Positions 1 to 8,217 of a stretch of DNA of 20,000 nucleotides are shown piece by piece; the first letter of the stretch is position 1; each line of letters opens with the position of its first letter. Source of the stretch: an uncultured virus (IMG/VR IMGVR_UViG_3300033149_004321) (Duplodnaviria; Heunggongvirae; Uroviricota; Caudoviricetes); IMG/VR virus record IMGVR_UViG_3300033149_004321; one strand, 5' to 3'. A program made the position numbers and the translations under genes. The notes under the pieces were generated by a model. That model saw nothing but the letters and a program-made list of their open reading frames with translations, was not told the DNA's origin and searched no databases.

Positions 1-760
1 TTGTTTCAACAGCAAGATATACATCCGTTCTTTCACTTATTACTATGGGAAAGATAAACTCATTTCCTGATGTTGTATATTGTATTTTCTTTACCCATAT
101 AGAACGGTCAGTTTTATTATAAGGAATAATGTGTATGCCAAAACTTGCTATTACTGCCTGTGCAATTGAACATTCAAAATAAGCTAAATATAAAGTATAA
201 TTGTCTGGAACGGTATAAAATGCGTGATATGTCTGCCCATCATAAGCGTTAATCATACCAACGGTTGTATCTGCACCAAGATTTGTTATACGCAAATTGC
301 CTTTTAATGTATCAGCTCCAGAAGAATCTACCCAAGCCCTGTTCAATCTCAAAAATTCCTTTGCACTCTTCACTCTATTTGTACCATCCAAATCAAGTGT
401 ATCCCTTATTACATTATAATCAGCATCCAACCCTTCAAAAATTACTGTTCTTCCTCCAGTACCACCTTTATCGTCAGCCGCATTATTGGAACAAACCATC
501 AAAGATTCAGCAGCCGCCAAAGGATTATAAGTACCTGAACTATCCCAGATAACTTGATGTGCTGCCCCGGTTGAATTGCAAACCCCTATAATATTAACCG
601 CTTCTGCTCTTTTAATTATACCTTTGGCTATATTAAGATAATACGTTTGGGCAGATACTCTCAAATCACCATCCTCAAATTCTACTCTACTGTTCCACTG
701 GGCGAATAACGTAGTGGGAAAGAATATAAATAAAATTAAATAGTATAATAATTTTTTCAT
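1..760 (-). CDS. Putative virion-associated beta-rich protein with Sec signal peptide (runs off the left end; absent from the ORF track)
   Basis: Manual translation from ATG at 760: MKKLLYYLILFIFFPTTLFA|QWNSRVEFEDGD...IAKGII...VIWDSSGTY...AADDKGGTGGRTVIFEGLDADY...FLRLNR...FYTVPDNYTLYL...FPIVISERTDV; open to position 2 (at least 253 codons). The mature part resembles a recurrent phage structural-region family (recalled, not searched). Confidence 0.8.
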   Translation of the reverse strand, partial: MKKLLYYLILFIFFPTTLFAQWNSRVEFEDGDLRVSAQTYYLNIAKGIIKRAEAVNIIGVCNSTGAAHQVIWDSSGTYNPLAAAESLMVCSNNAADDKGGTGGRTVIFEGLDADYNVIRDTLDLDGTNRVKSAKEFLRLNRAWVDSSGADTLKGNLRITNLGADTTVGMINAYDGQTYHAFYTVPDNYTLYLAYFECSIAQAVIASFGIHIIPYNKTDRSIWVKKIQYTTSGNEFIFPIVISERTDVYLAVET

Positions 761-764
761 TTTT

Positions 765-1259
765 TTATCTCACATTGACTTCCAATGTATAGGGGATAGT
801 TCTCCCCTTATTTACGTTTAATGAATCTGTATTTCTTACTAAAAACAACATATGCTCTGCCGCTTCAGGATTAATTTTAAAATGATTATATAAATTATAA
901 TGCTTAACACTATCTTCAAGATTAATAGCAACTGCTCCAGAAGAATCTGGATGTGGAACTAACAAAGTATCCCAAAAAGCATACCCCCATTGTAAATTTA
1001 TTCTGGGTAATTTTCCTTCAGTGTAAGCGTTTCCCGATGTATCATATTTAAATTTTACTTCAACTACCCCAGTAAAAGATTGATTAGCTAAATTGATTCT
1101 TAAAGTATCAATATCGAGTTTATTCGTTCCACCGGCATCGACGCTATCAGGAGCAAGTAAAGTGCCTTGCATTGAAAATTTCACCATTCTTTGTGAATAA
1201 ATATCTGAAAACCAAAGGACAAAAAATGATATTAATATAAATATAAATAATTTTTTCAT
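765..1259 (-). CDS. Hypothetical exported protein (signal peptide)
   Basis: The ORF track starts at 1304, but the likelier start is ATG 1259 after AGGTG and a hairpin. MKKLFIFILISFFVLWFSDIYS|QR is a typical signal peptide. Confidence 0.75.
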   Translation of the reverse strand: MKKLFIFILISFFVLWFSDIYSQRMVKFSMQGTLLAPDSVDAGGTNKLDIDTLRINLANQSFTGVVEVKFKYDTSGNAYTEGKLPRINLQWGYAFWDTLLVPHPDSSGAVAINLEDSVKHYNLYNHFKINPEAAEHMLFLVRNTDSLNVNKGRTIPYTLEVNVR

Positions 1260-1277
1260 TGGACACCTAAAAAGATT

Positions 1278-1308
1278 TTCCCTGCGGACTATAAAAGCCC
1301 GCAAGGAA
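1278..1308 (-). terminator. Hairpin, possible intrinsic terminator
   Basis: Minus strand TTCCTTGCGGGCT-TTTAT-AGTCCGCAGGGAA (G-U pairs allowed), followed by AATCTTTTT, just after the 55-aa ORF. Confidence 0.55.
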
Positions 1309-1329
1309 TAATTAATTATTCTTCTTCAT

Positions 1330-1497
1330 TCAACTTAACTTTTTCTTTCTTCTTTCTTCTGATAATATAGAAGGCACGTCTTCAGCTCTTGCATTAAAAA
1401 CGCTACCTGGTTCTAACAGCATACTTTTACCGTTAACATTATACCTCAAAAATCTACCTGGCAACATCTTCATTCTAAAAACATTTTTAATAGCCAT
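1330..1497 (-). CDS. Small basic hypothetical protein, 55 aa (absent from the ORF track)
   Basis: GGAGGAG SD before ATG 1497; MAIKNVFRMKMLPGRFLRYNVNGKSMLLEPGSVFNARAEDVPSILSEERRKKKLS; TGA at 1330-1332. Confidence 0.7.
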   Translation of the reverse strand: MAIKNVFRMKMLPGRFLRYNVNGKSMLLEPGSVFNARAEDVPSILSEERRKKKLS

Positions 1498-1522
1498 TGG
1501 ACTCCTCCATAAGTTTAATTAA

Positions 1523-2449
1523 TTATTTTTCAGCCACTATTCTATACCAGTCTTCAAGTAAATACTGCCCGGCTGTAGTCCCTTCTCCCTTTTTTAATTC
1601 TCGGAAAGGCGTTAATTTTCCACCGATTGGTAAATTAGAAGTACCTGCAATACTGTCTATCAATACACCATTAGCATACCACCAAACGGCGCAATCGGTA
1701 CCTTCACCGTCAAAATGAAATCCTAATGTATTCCAGCCAAGATTCCCAGAAGCAGGTAATAAAATTAACGAATCAGTCAATTCAGTTGTCACAGCTAAAC
1801 CAAAAGCAGCCTCTAATTGATAAGCTGTATGTGTCCCCAAAGCAACTCTCCATTCACACCAAATTTCTTTTGTGCTGTCCATAACAATAGATGTGTTGTT
1901 TATATGAGAATTGTTAAGACCATCATCTTGGCTTGTTGTAAGTATTTTTAAAACCCCACCAGCACTATCTGGTAGCGTATATCCATTTTTACCTGTATCG
2001 GAAGAACAATACCATCCAGCTATTGATGAATCCCCGGGTCCTGCGGATATATCAGCACAAATCCAATCTTCAAATAACTCAAATACTTCTGATGCATTAT
2101 GCCAACCTATATTAGTTTTAATTTTATTATTCCACATACCTGTATTAGGACTTTCAATAACATTGGTACCATCAAAGTATAATTCATAATCATCGTCAGT
2201 TCCTAAAAGTATTCCATAATTATCAGCAAAGTTATAATTGGCAGACGCATCAGCTATAACTGTTCCTGATTGTATGTCAACAGTAGCGCCGGAATTTAAT
2301 TGTATTTCACCACCATCTTTAACCACCATTCTATCACCGCCCGTGTCAAAATAAATCTTTGTTATGTAATCAGATTGAGCAAATACAATTCCAACTACAA
2401 TCAAAGAAGCGGAAAGCAAAGTGGTTATTAATTTCCAATTCTTTTTCAT
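1523..2449 (-). CDS. Putative head fibre/decoration-like protein with Sec signal peptide and C-terminal beta-sandwich domain
   Basis: AGGAGG SD. MKKNWKLITTLLSASLIVVGIVFA|QSD. The following YITKIYFDTGGDRMVVKDGGEI resembles the N-terminus of small post-capsid head proteins. The C-terminal half is Gly/Thr/aromatic-rich and beta-like. Confidence 0.75.
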   Translation of the reverse strand: MKKNWKLITTLLSASLIVVGIVFAQSDYITKIYFDTGGDRMVVKDGGEIQLNSGATVDIQSGTVIADASANYNFADNYGILLGTDDDYELYFDGTNVIESPNTGMWNNKIKTNIGWHNASEVFELFEDWICADISAGPGDSSIAGWYCSSDTGKNGYTLPDSAGGVLKILTTSQDDGLNNSHINNTSIVMDSTKEIWCEWRVALGTHTAYQLEAAFGLAVTTELTDSLILLPASGNLGWNTLGFHFDGEGTDCAVWWYANGVLIDSIAGTSNLPIGGKLTPFRELKKGEGTTAGQYLLEDWYRIVAEK

Positions 2450-2487
2450 TATTTAATACCTCCTAAAATTTTATAGTATATAATGAA

Positions 2488-2546
2488 GAAGGCGGGGCAG
2501 GAGCCCAAACCCCGCCATCTCCCTTCAACGTCCTTCTTCAGGACGA
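2488..2546 (-). promoter_or_regulatory. Two GC-rich intergenic hairpins
   Basis: GGCGGGG(2491)...CCCCGCC(2516) and CGTCCT-TCTTC-AGGACG (2530-2546), in an AT-rich background between two genes; only a weak U-tract. Confidence 0.5.
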
Positions 2547-2551
2547 GTCTA

Positions 2552-2956
2552 TTATTCACTTGCATCACTTGAATAATCACTCGTTGCTGGTGAATAAATT
2601 GGGTCTTTCCCTATTAATATAACACACACATAAGAATCATTGCTTGAACCTGTTTCAGTTACATCAACCCTAACGTATCTTTTTATATCGTCAAGTTCAA
2701 CTTTCGTTAGTCCTGACTCATCAAGTAATGTAGCTGTTACCGTTGTGTGTGTTGCAAAAGTGCTATCGTCTTCACTATCCAAGATAGTGCAAGAATCAAA
2801 CGTATCGCTTCCAAGAGTGAACGAAATTATAGCATATGCATCTCTGCACCCATACATATCAACAGACGTGCCTGTAGATAGACCATTTAATAAATTGGCT
2901 CTTATTCCTTCCTTCACCAACATACTAGCGCCAAAATCTCTGGTTACTGCTCTCAT
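2552..2956 (-). CDS. Probable capsid decoration/cement protein
   Basis: 134 aa directly after the MCP; beta-rich with GTSVDMYG...DSEDDSTF...KRYVRV pattern seen in jelly-roll decoration proteins; AGGAG SD. Confidence 0.65.
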   Translation of the reverse strand: MRAVTRDFGASMLVKEGIRANLLNGLSTGTSVDMYGCRDAYAIISFTLGSDTFDSCTILDSEDDSTFATHTTVTATLLDESGLTKVELDDIKRYVRVDVTETGSSNDSYVCVILIGKDPIYSPATSDYSSDASE

Positions 2957-2994
2957 AATTTTTTACTCCTATATTTTTGTTTCATTATTTTTCC

Positions 2995-3016
2995 TGTTTC
3001 AACAATTGTTGAAACA
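2995..3016. repeat. Perfect 22-bp palindrome TGTTTCAACAATTGTTGAAACA
   Basis: Read directly; starts 8 nt downstream of the MCP stop codon. Confidence 0.9.
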
Positions 3017-3023
3017 AATATTA

Positions 3024-4220
3024 TTACGATGCCGCTACTCCTTTAATAATATAGAAATTCTTTGGTTCTCTGGGAGCGCCATCAGAACGCATAACCGCTC
3101 TGAAGTAAGTTTCGTTTCGTAAGAAACTATCACCAGCAACATCAGAAGCACTGATTTCAATTAATTCAGTTTTTTTCTGAAGAATAGCAAAATCACTCCA
3201 TTTTCCAAGAATTATATAAGAAAGACTTGTTCCAGTACCAGCCGTTAGATTTGTTACAATTTGGGTAGTAAAACCAACTTTATATCCCAAAATATCATCA
3301 GGTTCTTTCTTTGTCAAATCTCTTGCTAACTGCTGTCCCAGATGATAAATATATGAACCTTCTCCATTCTTCAATTGTCGCAAACTATTCTTTGTTCTCG
3401 GATGCATTATCCAACCATCACAAGTAGCATCATTAGCTTGTATAGCGTATTCAGCGTCCATCAGGTCATCAAAAGTAGGCACAGCCCCATTACCCGAACC
3501 AAGCGTAGTGCTTGATACAAGAGGGTTGTTGTAAATACCCAAAGGTTGTGTTCCACCTGTACCTTTTATGAACGCTAAATCTTCAGCAAGCGCAAGAACT
3601 TTTGCCAAATCGTCTTTTATAATCGTGTCCACCGCCGGTCCCGCATCCGCCAATAAATCATTTTTGACTTTTGTAACTCCCACACAATCTTTTAATACTA
3701 AATTGAGCATGGCAAATGCCTGGTCGGAAGCGGTAAAATCAGTTGTTCTTGCATCCTGTACCCAATAAGCGGTTGCTCCCCCCGTTGTTCTCGGTATTGA
3801 CATAGTGTTTCCATTCACTTCATAAACGGTAGCACCCATATCTCTTATGATAGCTTTCGCCCGAAGCAATTCAATGACTTCTGTTGAAACTTCTGGAGGA
3901 ATAAGAAACCCACCTTTAACACCAAGACCACCACGCATTGTTTTTATCACTTCTTCTTTATCCGAATTTATTCTTATAAAAGCTTGCTTTTCATAATCAG
4001 CATCTTCCCAGTTACCAGTAGTCGAACCACGCAAATACTTTGCTATTGAAAGGTACTGCTTTCCACCGGTGACAGGGGTTTCAATCCTATCGTTTTCTGT
4101 TGATCTTTCCCGTGCTTTCGTCAAAGGCTCAAGACTTTTCTTGATTTGCTCCTTGACAATTTTTTGCATTTCATCAAGGTCAATAGTTACTTTTTTCGTT
4201 TCTTTCTTTTTATCAGCCAT
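3024..4220 (-). CDS. Major capsid protein, HK97 fold
   Basis: GGFLIPPEVSTEVIELLR, IPRTTGGATAYWV, EDLAFIKGTGGTQPLGI, WIMHPRT...LKNGEGSYI, ILGYKV, ILGKWS motifs; N-terminal coiled delta-like region. Likely start ATG 4220 (track uses GTG 4229). Confidence 0.95.
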   Translation of the reverse strand: MADKKKETKKVTIDLDEMQKIVKEQIKKSLEPLTKARERSTENDRIETPVTGGKQYLSIAKYLRGSTTGNWEDADYEKQAFIRINSDKEEVIKTMRGGLGVKGGFLIPPEVSTEVIELLRAKAIIRDMGATVYEVNGNTMSIPRTTGGATAYWVQDARTTDFTASDQAFAMLNLVLKDCVGVTKVKNDLLADAGPAVDTIIKDDLAKVLALAEDLAFIKGTGGTQPLGIYNNPLVSSTTLGSGNGAVPTFDDLMDAEYAIQANDATCDGWIMHPRTKNSLRQLKNGEGSYIYHLGQQLARDLTKKEPDDILGYKVGFTTQIVTNLTAGTGTSLSYIILGKWSDFAILQKKTELIEISASDVAGDSFLRNETYFRAVMRSDGAPREPKNFYIIKGVAAS

Positions 4221-4255
4221 TATACACACCCCACTAAATTTTATATGTTAATAAC

Positions 4256-5068
4256 TTATTTTTCTAACACTTCTTTAATCCCGTCTTCCACGAGATTACC
4301 GATATTTTTAGCTAATTCTTCACCTGTCAATTCAGTTATCTCATTTTCATCGGGATTTTCCTCTTCACTTTCAACACCAGCTTCTTTCAGTTCTTCTTTG
4401 ACTATATCATCAGCCATCTTTTTTAGGTTTTCCCTAATGCTTTCCTCTGAATCTTCTGAAGCTTCTTCTTCATCGTCATTAGCCTCTTTGGTTTCCCCCG
4501 CACCCTCGGCGGATTTCTCCGCTTCTGTGTTTTTGCTTTCTTCTTCTTTTTCTTCTTGTTCTTTTAATAGTTCAGCAATAACATCAGTAGCTTTGGACAA
4601 TCCTTCACTCAATTGTTTTAACATATCAAGGGTCTTTTTTGAAAACCGAGCGCCAACTTTTTCAATGCCTTCAGCTTCATCTTTTTCTTTGTCATCTTCA
4701 CTTTCAATTTCCTTTTCTGAAAGAACGGTATCCGCAAGTTTGTTTATATAAATACCAATAGCATTTTGCAATTCTTTTGGCATATCGTTAGTGAACTGAT
4801 TTATCAAATCTGCCGCCTCTTCTGCTTTGTTCAATTCTTCAAAAACACCACTAACTTTTTCCAAATCTTCTTTCGACAAATCCCTCTGCGAAAGATTTCT
4901 GAACATATCGTTGATTTTACTCACTTTTAAATCCTCCATCTTATTTTCTTTTTTATTTCTTTTTATCAAATAGAATTTTTTTCTATTAGCAGGATTATCG
5001 ACAAAAGAAACTTCATCAACTTCTACATCCTCAAGTTTTCTTGGCTTCTTTCTGTTTTTTTCAAACAT
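4256..5068 (-). CDS. Acidic scaffold-like protein with N-terminal prohead-protease motif (EVSFVDNPAN)
   Basis: Directly upstream of the MCP; Glu/Lys-rich helical body; N-terminal LEDVEVDEVSFVDNPAN matches the EVSxVxxPAN segment of HK97/XkdF-type proteases; GAGGAGG SD. Confidence 0.8.
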   Translation of the reverse strand: MFEKNRKKPRKLEDVEVDEVSFVDNPANRKKFYLIKRNKKENKMEDLKVSKINDMFRNLSQRDLSKEDLEKVSGVFEELNKAEEAADLINQFTNDMPKELQNAIGIYINKLADTVLSEKEIESEDDKEKDEAEGIEKVGARFSKKTLDMLKQLSEGLSKATDVIAELLKEQEEKEEESKNTEAEKSAEGAGETKEANDDEEEASEDSEESIRENLKKMADDIVKEELKEAGVESEEENPDENEITELTGEELAKNIGNLVEDGIKEVLEK

Positions 5069-5085
5069 TTACGCCTCCTCAAAAT

Positions 5086-5124
5086 AAAAAAAGGCAATGC
5101 CAAACTCCTTAATTGACATTGCCT
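5086..5124 (-). terminator. Rho-independent terminator-like hairpin immediately before the scaffold SD
   Basis: Minus strand AGGCAATGTCAA-TTAAGGAGT-TTGGCATTGCCT followed by a T-run. Confidence 0.65.
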
Positions 5125-5167
5125 AAAAATAAACTTAAAAAAAGTCTTATACAGACAATTCTCTAAA

Positions 5168-5200
5168 TTTGTAAACAAAAATTATTCATTTGTTTACAAA
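5168..5200. repeat. Perfect 12-bp inverted repeat (TTTGTAAACAAA-N9-TTTGTTTACAAA), possible operator or hairpin
   Basis: Read directly in the protease-scaffold intergenic region. Confidence 0.75.
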
Positions 5201-5280
5201 AAACATACAAACAAACCCTCAAATTTGAAAACAAAAATAACAAATTTGTTTTAAAAAAACAAGTTTTATTTTAAAAATAG

Positions 5281-6798
5281 TTATTCCTGCCGAATTTTCG
5301 CACGTCCACCTATAGAGAAACCATTAATCTCCCCATCCTTAATTTTTTTCCATAATTCTTTTGCCAATATTTTAACTGCCATTACCCAACTTCCTTTTTT
5401 CACTTTCTCCCCACCAACATTATAATCAACAGGAGCAATAAAACTTTCAATAACCTTTGCAACTGTTTTTTCTTTATGCATTATCTTAAAATTTTGACTA
5501 TATAACATATAATCGTAGGCAGCTTTTCTCACTTCATCGGAATCCATTTCATCGCCTTGAGCATCAACTTCATTCGGAGAATAAACAACACCAGTTACAA
5601 TCTGTTCATCTTTATTAGTTTTTATAAAATCAACTTCTATATCTATATCATAATCTTCTCCAAACTCCATCTTTTCCAATTTATGTAATTCGGGTGGTTC
5701 TAGATCCAACTCTTTGTAGTGCCTTTTCAAATGTTCATAAACAGCTTTTCTATCTGCATCAGGAATTTTTGTACCTCCTCTTGCTCCAAGCAAAGCCCCC
5801 ATAGCCGCTATAACACCTCTGCGAACTGTTTTAATCTCCCCATCAATTACTTTATGATGAGGCAACTTATAAGAAGCTCTTATTTCAGGGTTTTCTGAAT
5901 CAAACCAGGCATGAACAGATTTATACTTTTCCCAATCTGGATTTTCTTCATCACCCAATATTTTATTTCCGTCCGCTGAAGAAAAACTCCACGCGACATC
6001 ATCAGCTAAAGGAAATTTCTTATACGGAACGGCACGTTTTTCTATTTCTTCACCTTCTTCTTTTCTCATTTTCTGTCCCGGTCCCGGTCTTTCAACTCTA
6101 CGCATTTCACCCCCGCATTCTGGACAATCTATCGACCTACAATGCTTATCCGTTTTTAATTTATACCCACAATCCAAACATTCACATTCATATTCAACTT
6201 TTTTAACAGCTGGTTCAAACAATATTGGTTCATAATCATGGTCTTTACACCACTTCTTTGCTTCTGCTACAGTAAAATCACTGCTATCAAATCTTATTGC
6301 TTGCAATTCACTCTTGCCTTCTTTGATTCCATATATAGCATGTATGCCTGTACCAAATGCATTATTCTTTCTGGCAAACCTTGTATATTTACCCGGAGAT
6401 GTTAATCTCGCTGAATGCTCGTTTGGATAAGGTTTCAATATATCAGTTTCATAAGATTCAATAGCTTCTTTCAGATTTGTTATTTCAGCTTTCAATAGTC
6501 TGTTGTCCATTATCAACTTATCATTATCAATTTGCTTTTTAATTTTTTCATCCAGCTTCCTATCGAGATTTTTATGTAATAATTTCAGTTCCCTTCTTTC
6601 CATTTCATTTTTAAGCATTCTAAATTTATCGAAAAAATTATCAATATAAATCTGCTCAAATATGTTTCTCAAAATATGCAACTTCTCACTGGAAAGTTTT
6701 TTCAAAACATCGGCATTTACTTCTTCAACTTTCGGCACAGATTTATTTGTATTTCTTTCAAAGCCCCTTTTATTCGATTTTACAAATTGTTTTCCCAT
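5281..6798 (-). CDS. Multidomain XkdF-like prohead serine protease (accessory N-terminal domains, Zn ribbon, C-terminal protease)
   Basis: C-terminal IVTGVVYSPNEVDAQGD...AAYDYM...MH...VIESFIAP...KKGSWVM...WKKIKDGEINGFSIGG matches XkdF-type proteases; CECLDC...HC...CPECGG Zn ribbon; two further discrete domains (PYPNEH...FEPA and AVPY...YKLPHH...HLKRHY). Confidence 0.9.
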   Translation of the reverse strand: MGKQFVKSNKRGFERNTNKSVPKVEEVNADVLKKLSSEKLHILRNIFEQIYIDNFFDKFRMLKNEMERRELKLLHKNLDRKLDEKIKKQIDNDKLIMDNRLLKAEITNLKEAIESYETDILKPYPNEHSARLTSPGKYTRFARKNNAFGTGIHAIYGIKEGKSELQAIRFDSSDFTVAEAKKWCKDHDYEPILFEPAVKKVEYECECLDCGYKLKTDKHCRSIDCPECGGEMRRVERPGPGQKMRKEEGEEIEKRAVPYKKFPLADDVAWSFSSADGNKILGDEENPDWEKYKSVHAWFDSENPEIRASYKLPHHKVIDGEIKTVRRGVIAAMGALLGARGGTKIPDADRKAVYEHLKRHYKELDLEPPELHKLEKMEFGEDYDIDIEVDFIKTNKDEQIVTGVVYSPNEVDAQGDEMDSDEVRKAAYDYMLYSQNFKIMHKEKTVAKVIESFIAPVDYNVGGEKVKKGSWVMAVKILAKELWKKIKDGEINGFSIGGRAKIRQE

Positions 6799-6830
6799 TT
6801 GAAGTTTCTCCTAATTTATTTTATAATTAA

Positions 6831-8216
6831 TTATGTTTTCTTTTTTCCTTTAGGCGGTGCTTGAAATTTAGGCTTGCCTGTAGGTTTTGTCAATGTATCC
6901 TTATCATAAACAGGTGTCCAATAGCACATACAATTGTGGACTAAAAATCCTTTTGCCACATAGCTTTCATCTTCTTCAACTGAAAGATTATACAAATCAA
7001 TTTCTTCTTCTATTTTATATCTTTTTATTGCTTTTATTTCATAAACTTTGAATCCATTATTAAAAGATAAACAAGATAACTCGCCCTTTAACTCTGCCTT
7101 ATCAGCTTCTTGCCATTTACCGTTCAGCATTATTTTATGATTAGCAGAAAGAGTCAATTCGTAATTAAATTTTTTATCTATAAATAAACTAACCATACTG
7201 GTATTTACATTTTTATATTTGTGTAATTGTATTACTTTTCTAAATCTACTTTTATGCGTATAAACTAAATCATTTACTTTTACATCTTCTATCTTCTTCC
7301 AACCTTTAATTGTATAAACAATAACTCCTGATTGGAAGCAATGAGGGTGTAAAGGTATTACCCCCCTTGCACTTTCCAAAGTATATTCCTGCATATTTAA
7401 AGCTTGGCAAATAGGGCAGGGTCGAACAGAATTTCTTAATTGAACTCTTTTAACTTTATTTGCTTTGTAACTTTGCAAAGTCCCTTCAGCATAAGCTCTT
7501 GCTGTTTCCGTTCTTGCTATCATTTCAGTTCTATATCTATGCAACTTATTTGTATATCTATCTATCATTTGTTCATATTTTTTTCCGCTGATTCCTTCAC
7601 TTATTAATTTATTTCCATAATTATCAACGGCTTTCCACTGTCTCGAATGCAACCCTACTCTCCCTTTGATTTCCCTGCCGAGTTGCGCGATGTCTTTTCC
7701 TTCTTTAATTCCTCTTGAGATATAAGTCCGCAAAGTTGATTTAGTATCATCAAGAATTTCCGTAACCAAATTAGCACAGCTTTTTTCAGCAAATTTAACC
7801 GCAGGGGTGTTCACAACTTCAAAACTCATTTTCAAATTACCAAATTGTATCATCTTATTTCCAGACCTTTGCATAAATCTTATTTCAGCTGGTAAAATTT
7901 CTTGCATACCCATTATTTTAATACATTCCCACCCCGCCAATTCAGCTACAATTTTTCCAGCACTTGCTTTTTCTAATTCTATAAATTTCTTATACGATTT
8001 TTTCTTGATTAATCTATTCAATCCATAAATTAAGGTTTCCCTCATTTCATTATACCAACCTGCAACTACTCTTTCAAATTCATCTACATCGGATTGTATC
8101 AGTCTTCTTAAAGTTTTTGCTTCTCTTTCAGCAATGCCTGATTTTTCAATAAACATCTGAACAGAATCATTAATGTTTAATTTGACATTTTCTATTTGTT
8201 CAACAATCGCTTCCAT
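6831..8216 (-). CDS. Phage minor head protein MuF/SPP1 gp7 family, intein-containing
   Basis: RTEMIARTETARAYAEG, PCPICQALN, IPLHPH[intein]CMC motifs. Likely start ATG 8216 after GGAG (track start 8240 overlaps the upstream gene). Confidence 0.92.
   Translation of the reverse strand: MEAIVEQIENVKLNINDSVQMFIEKSGIAEREAKTLRRLIQSDVDEFERVVAGWYNEMRETLIYGLNRLIKKKSYKKFIELEKASAGKIVAELAGWECIKIMGMQEILPAEIRFMQRSGNKMIQFGNLKMSFEVVNTPAVKFAEKSCANLVTEILDDTKSTLRTYISRGIKEGKDIAQLGREIKGRVGLHSRQWKAVDNYGNKLISEGISGKKYEQMIDRYTNKLHRYRTEMIARTETARAYAEGTLQSYKANKVKRVQLRNSVRPCPICQALNMQEYTLESARGVIPLHPHCFQSGVIVYTIKGWKKIEDVKVNDLVYTHKSRFRKVIQLHKYKNVNTSMVSLFIDKKFNYELTLSANHKIMLNGKWQEADKAELKGELSCLSFNNGFKVYEIKAIKRYKIEEEIDLYNLSVEEDESYVAKGFLVHNCMCYWTPVYDKDTLTKPTGKPKFQAPPKGKKKT
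6933..7340 (-). mobile_element. Mini-intein (136 aa, class 1, no endonuclease) in MuF
   Basis: Begins CFQSGVIVYTIKGWKKIEDV, block B SANH, ends YNLSVEEDESYVAKGFLVHN followed by Cys; removal restores HPHCMC. Confidence 0.92.
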
Positions 8217-8217
8217 G

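Noticed and set aside
265..552. Plus-strand 95-aa ORF
   Set aside because: Antisense shadow of the real minus-strand gene running from 760 to the window edge.
60..590. Suspected frameshifts in the leftmost gene
   Set aside because: Recounting the homopolymers near 585 and 90 showed one continuous frame.
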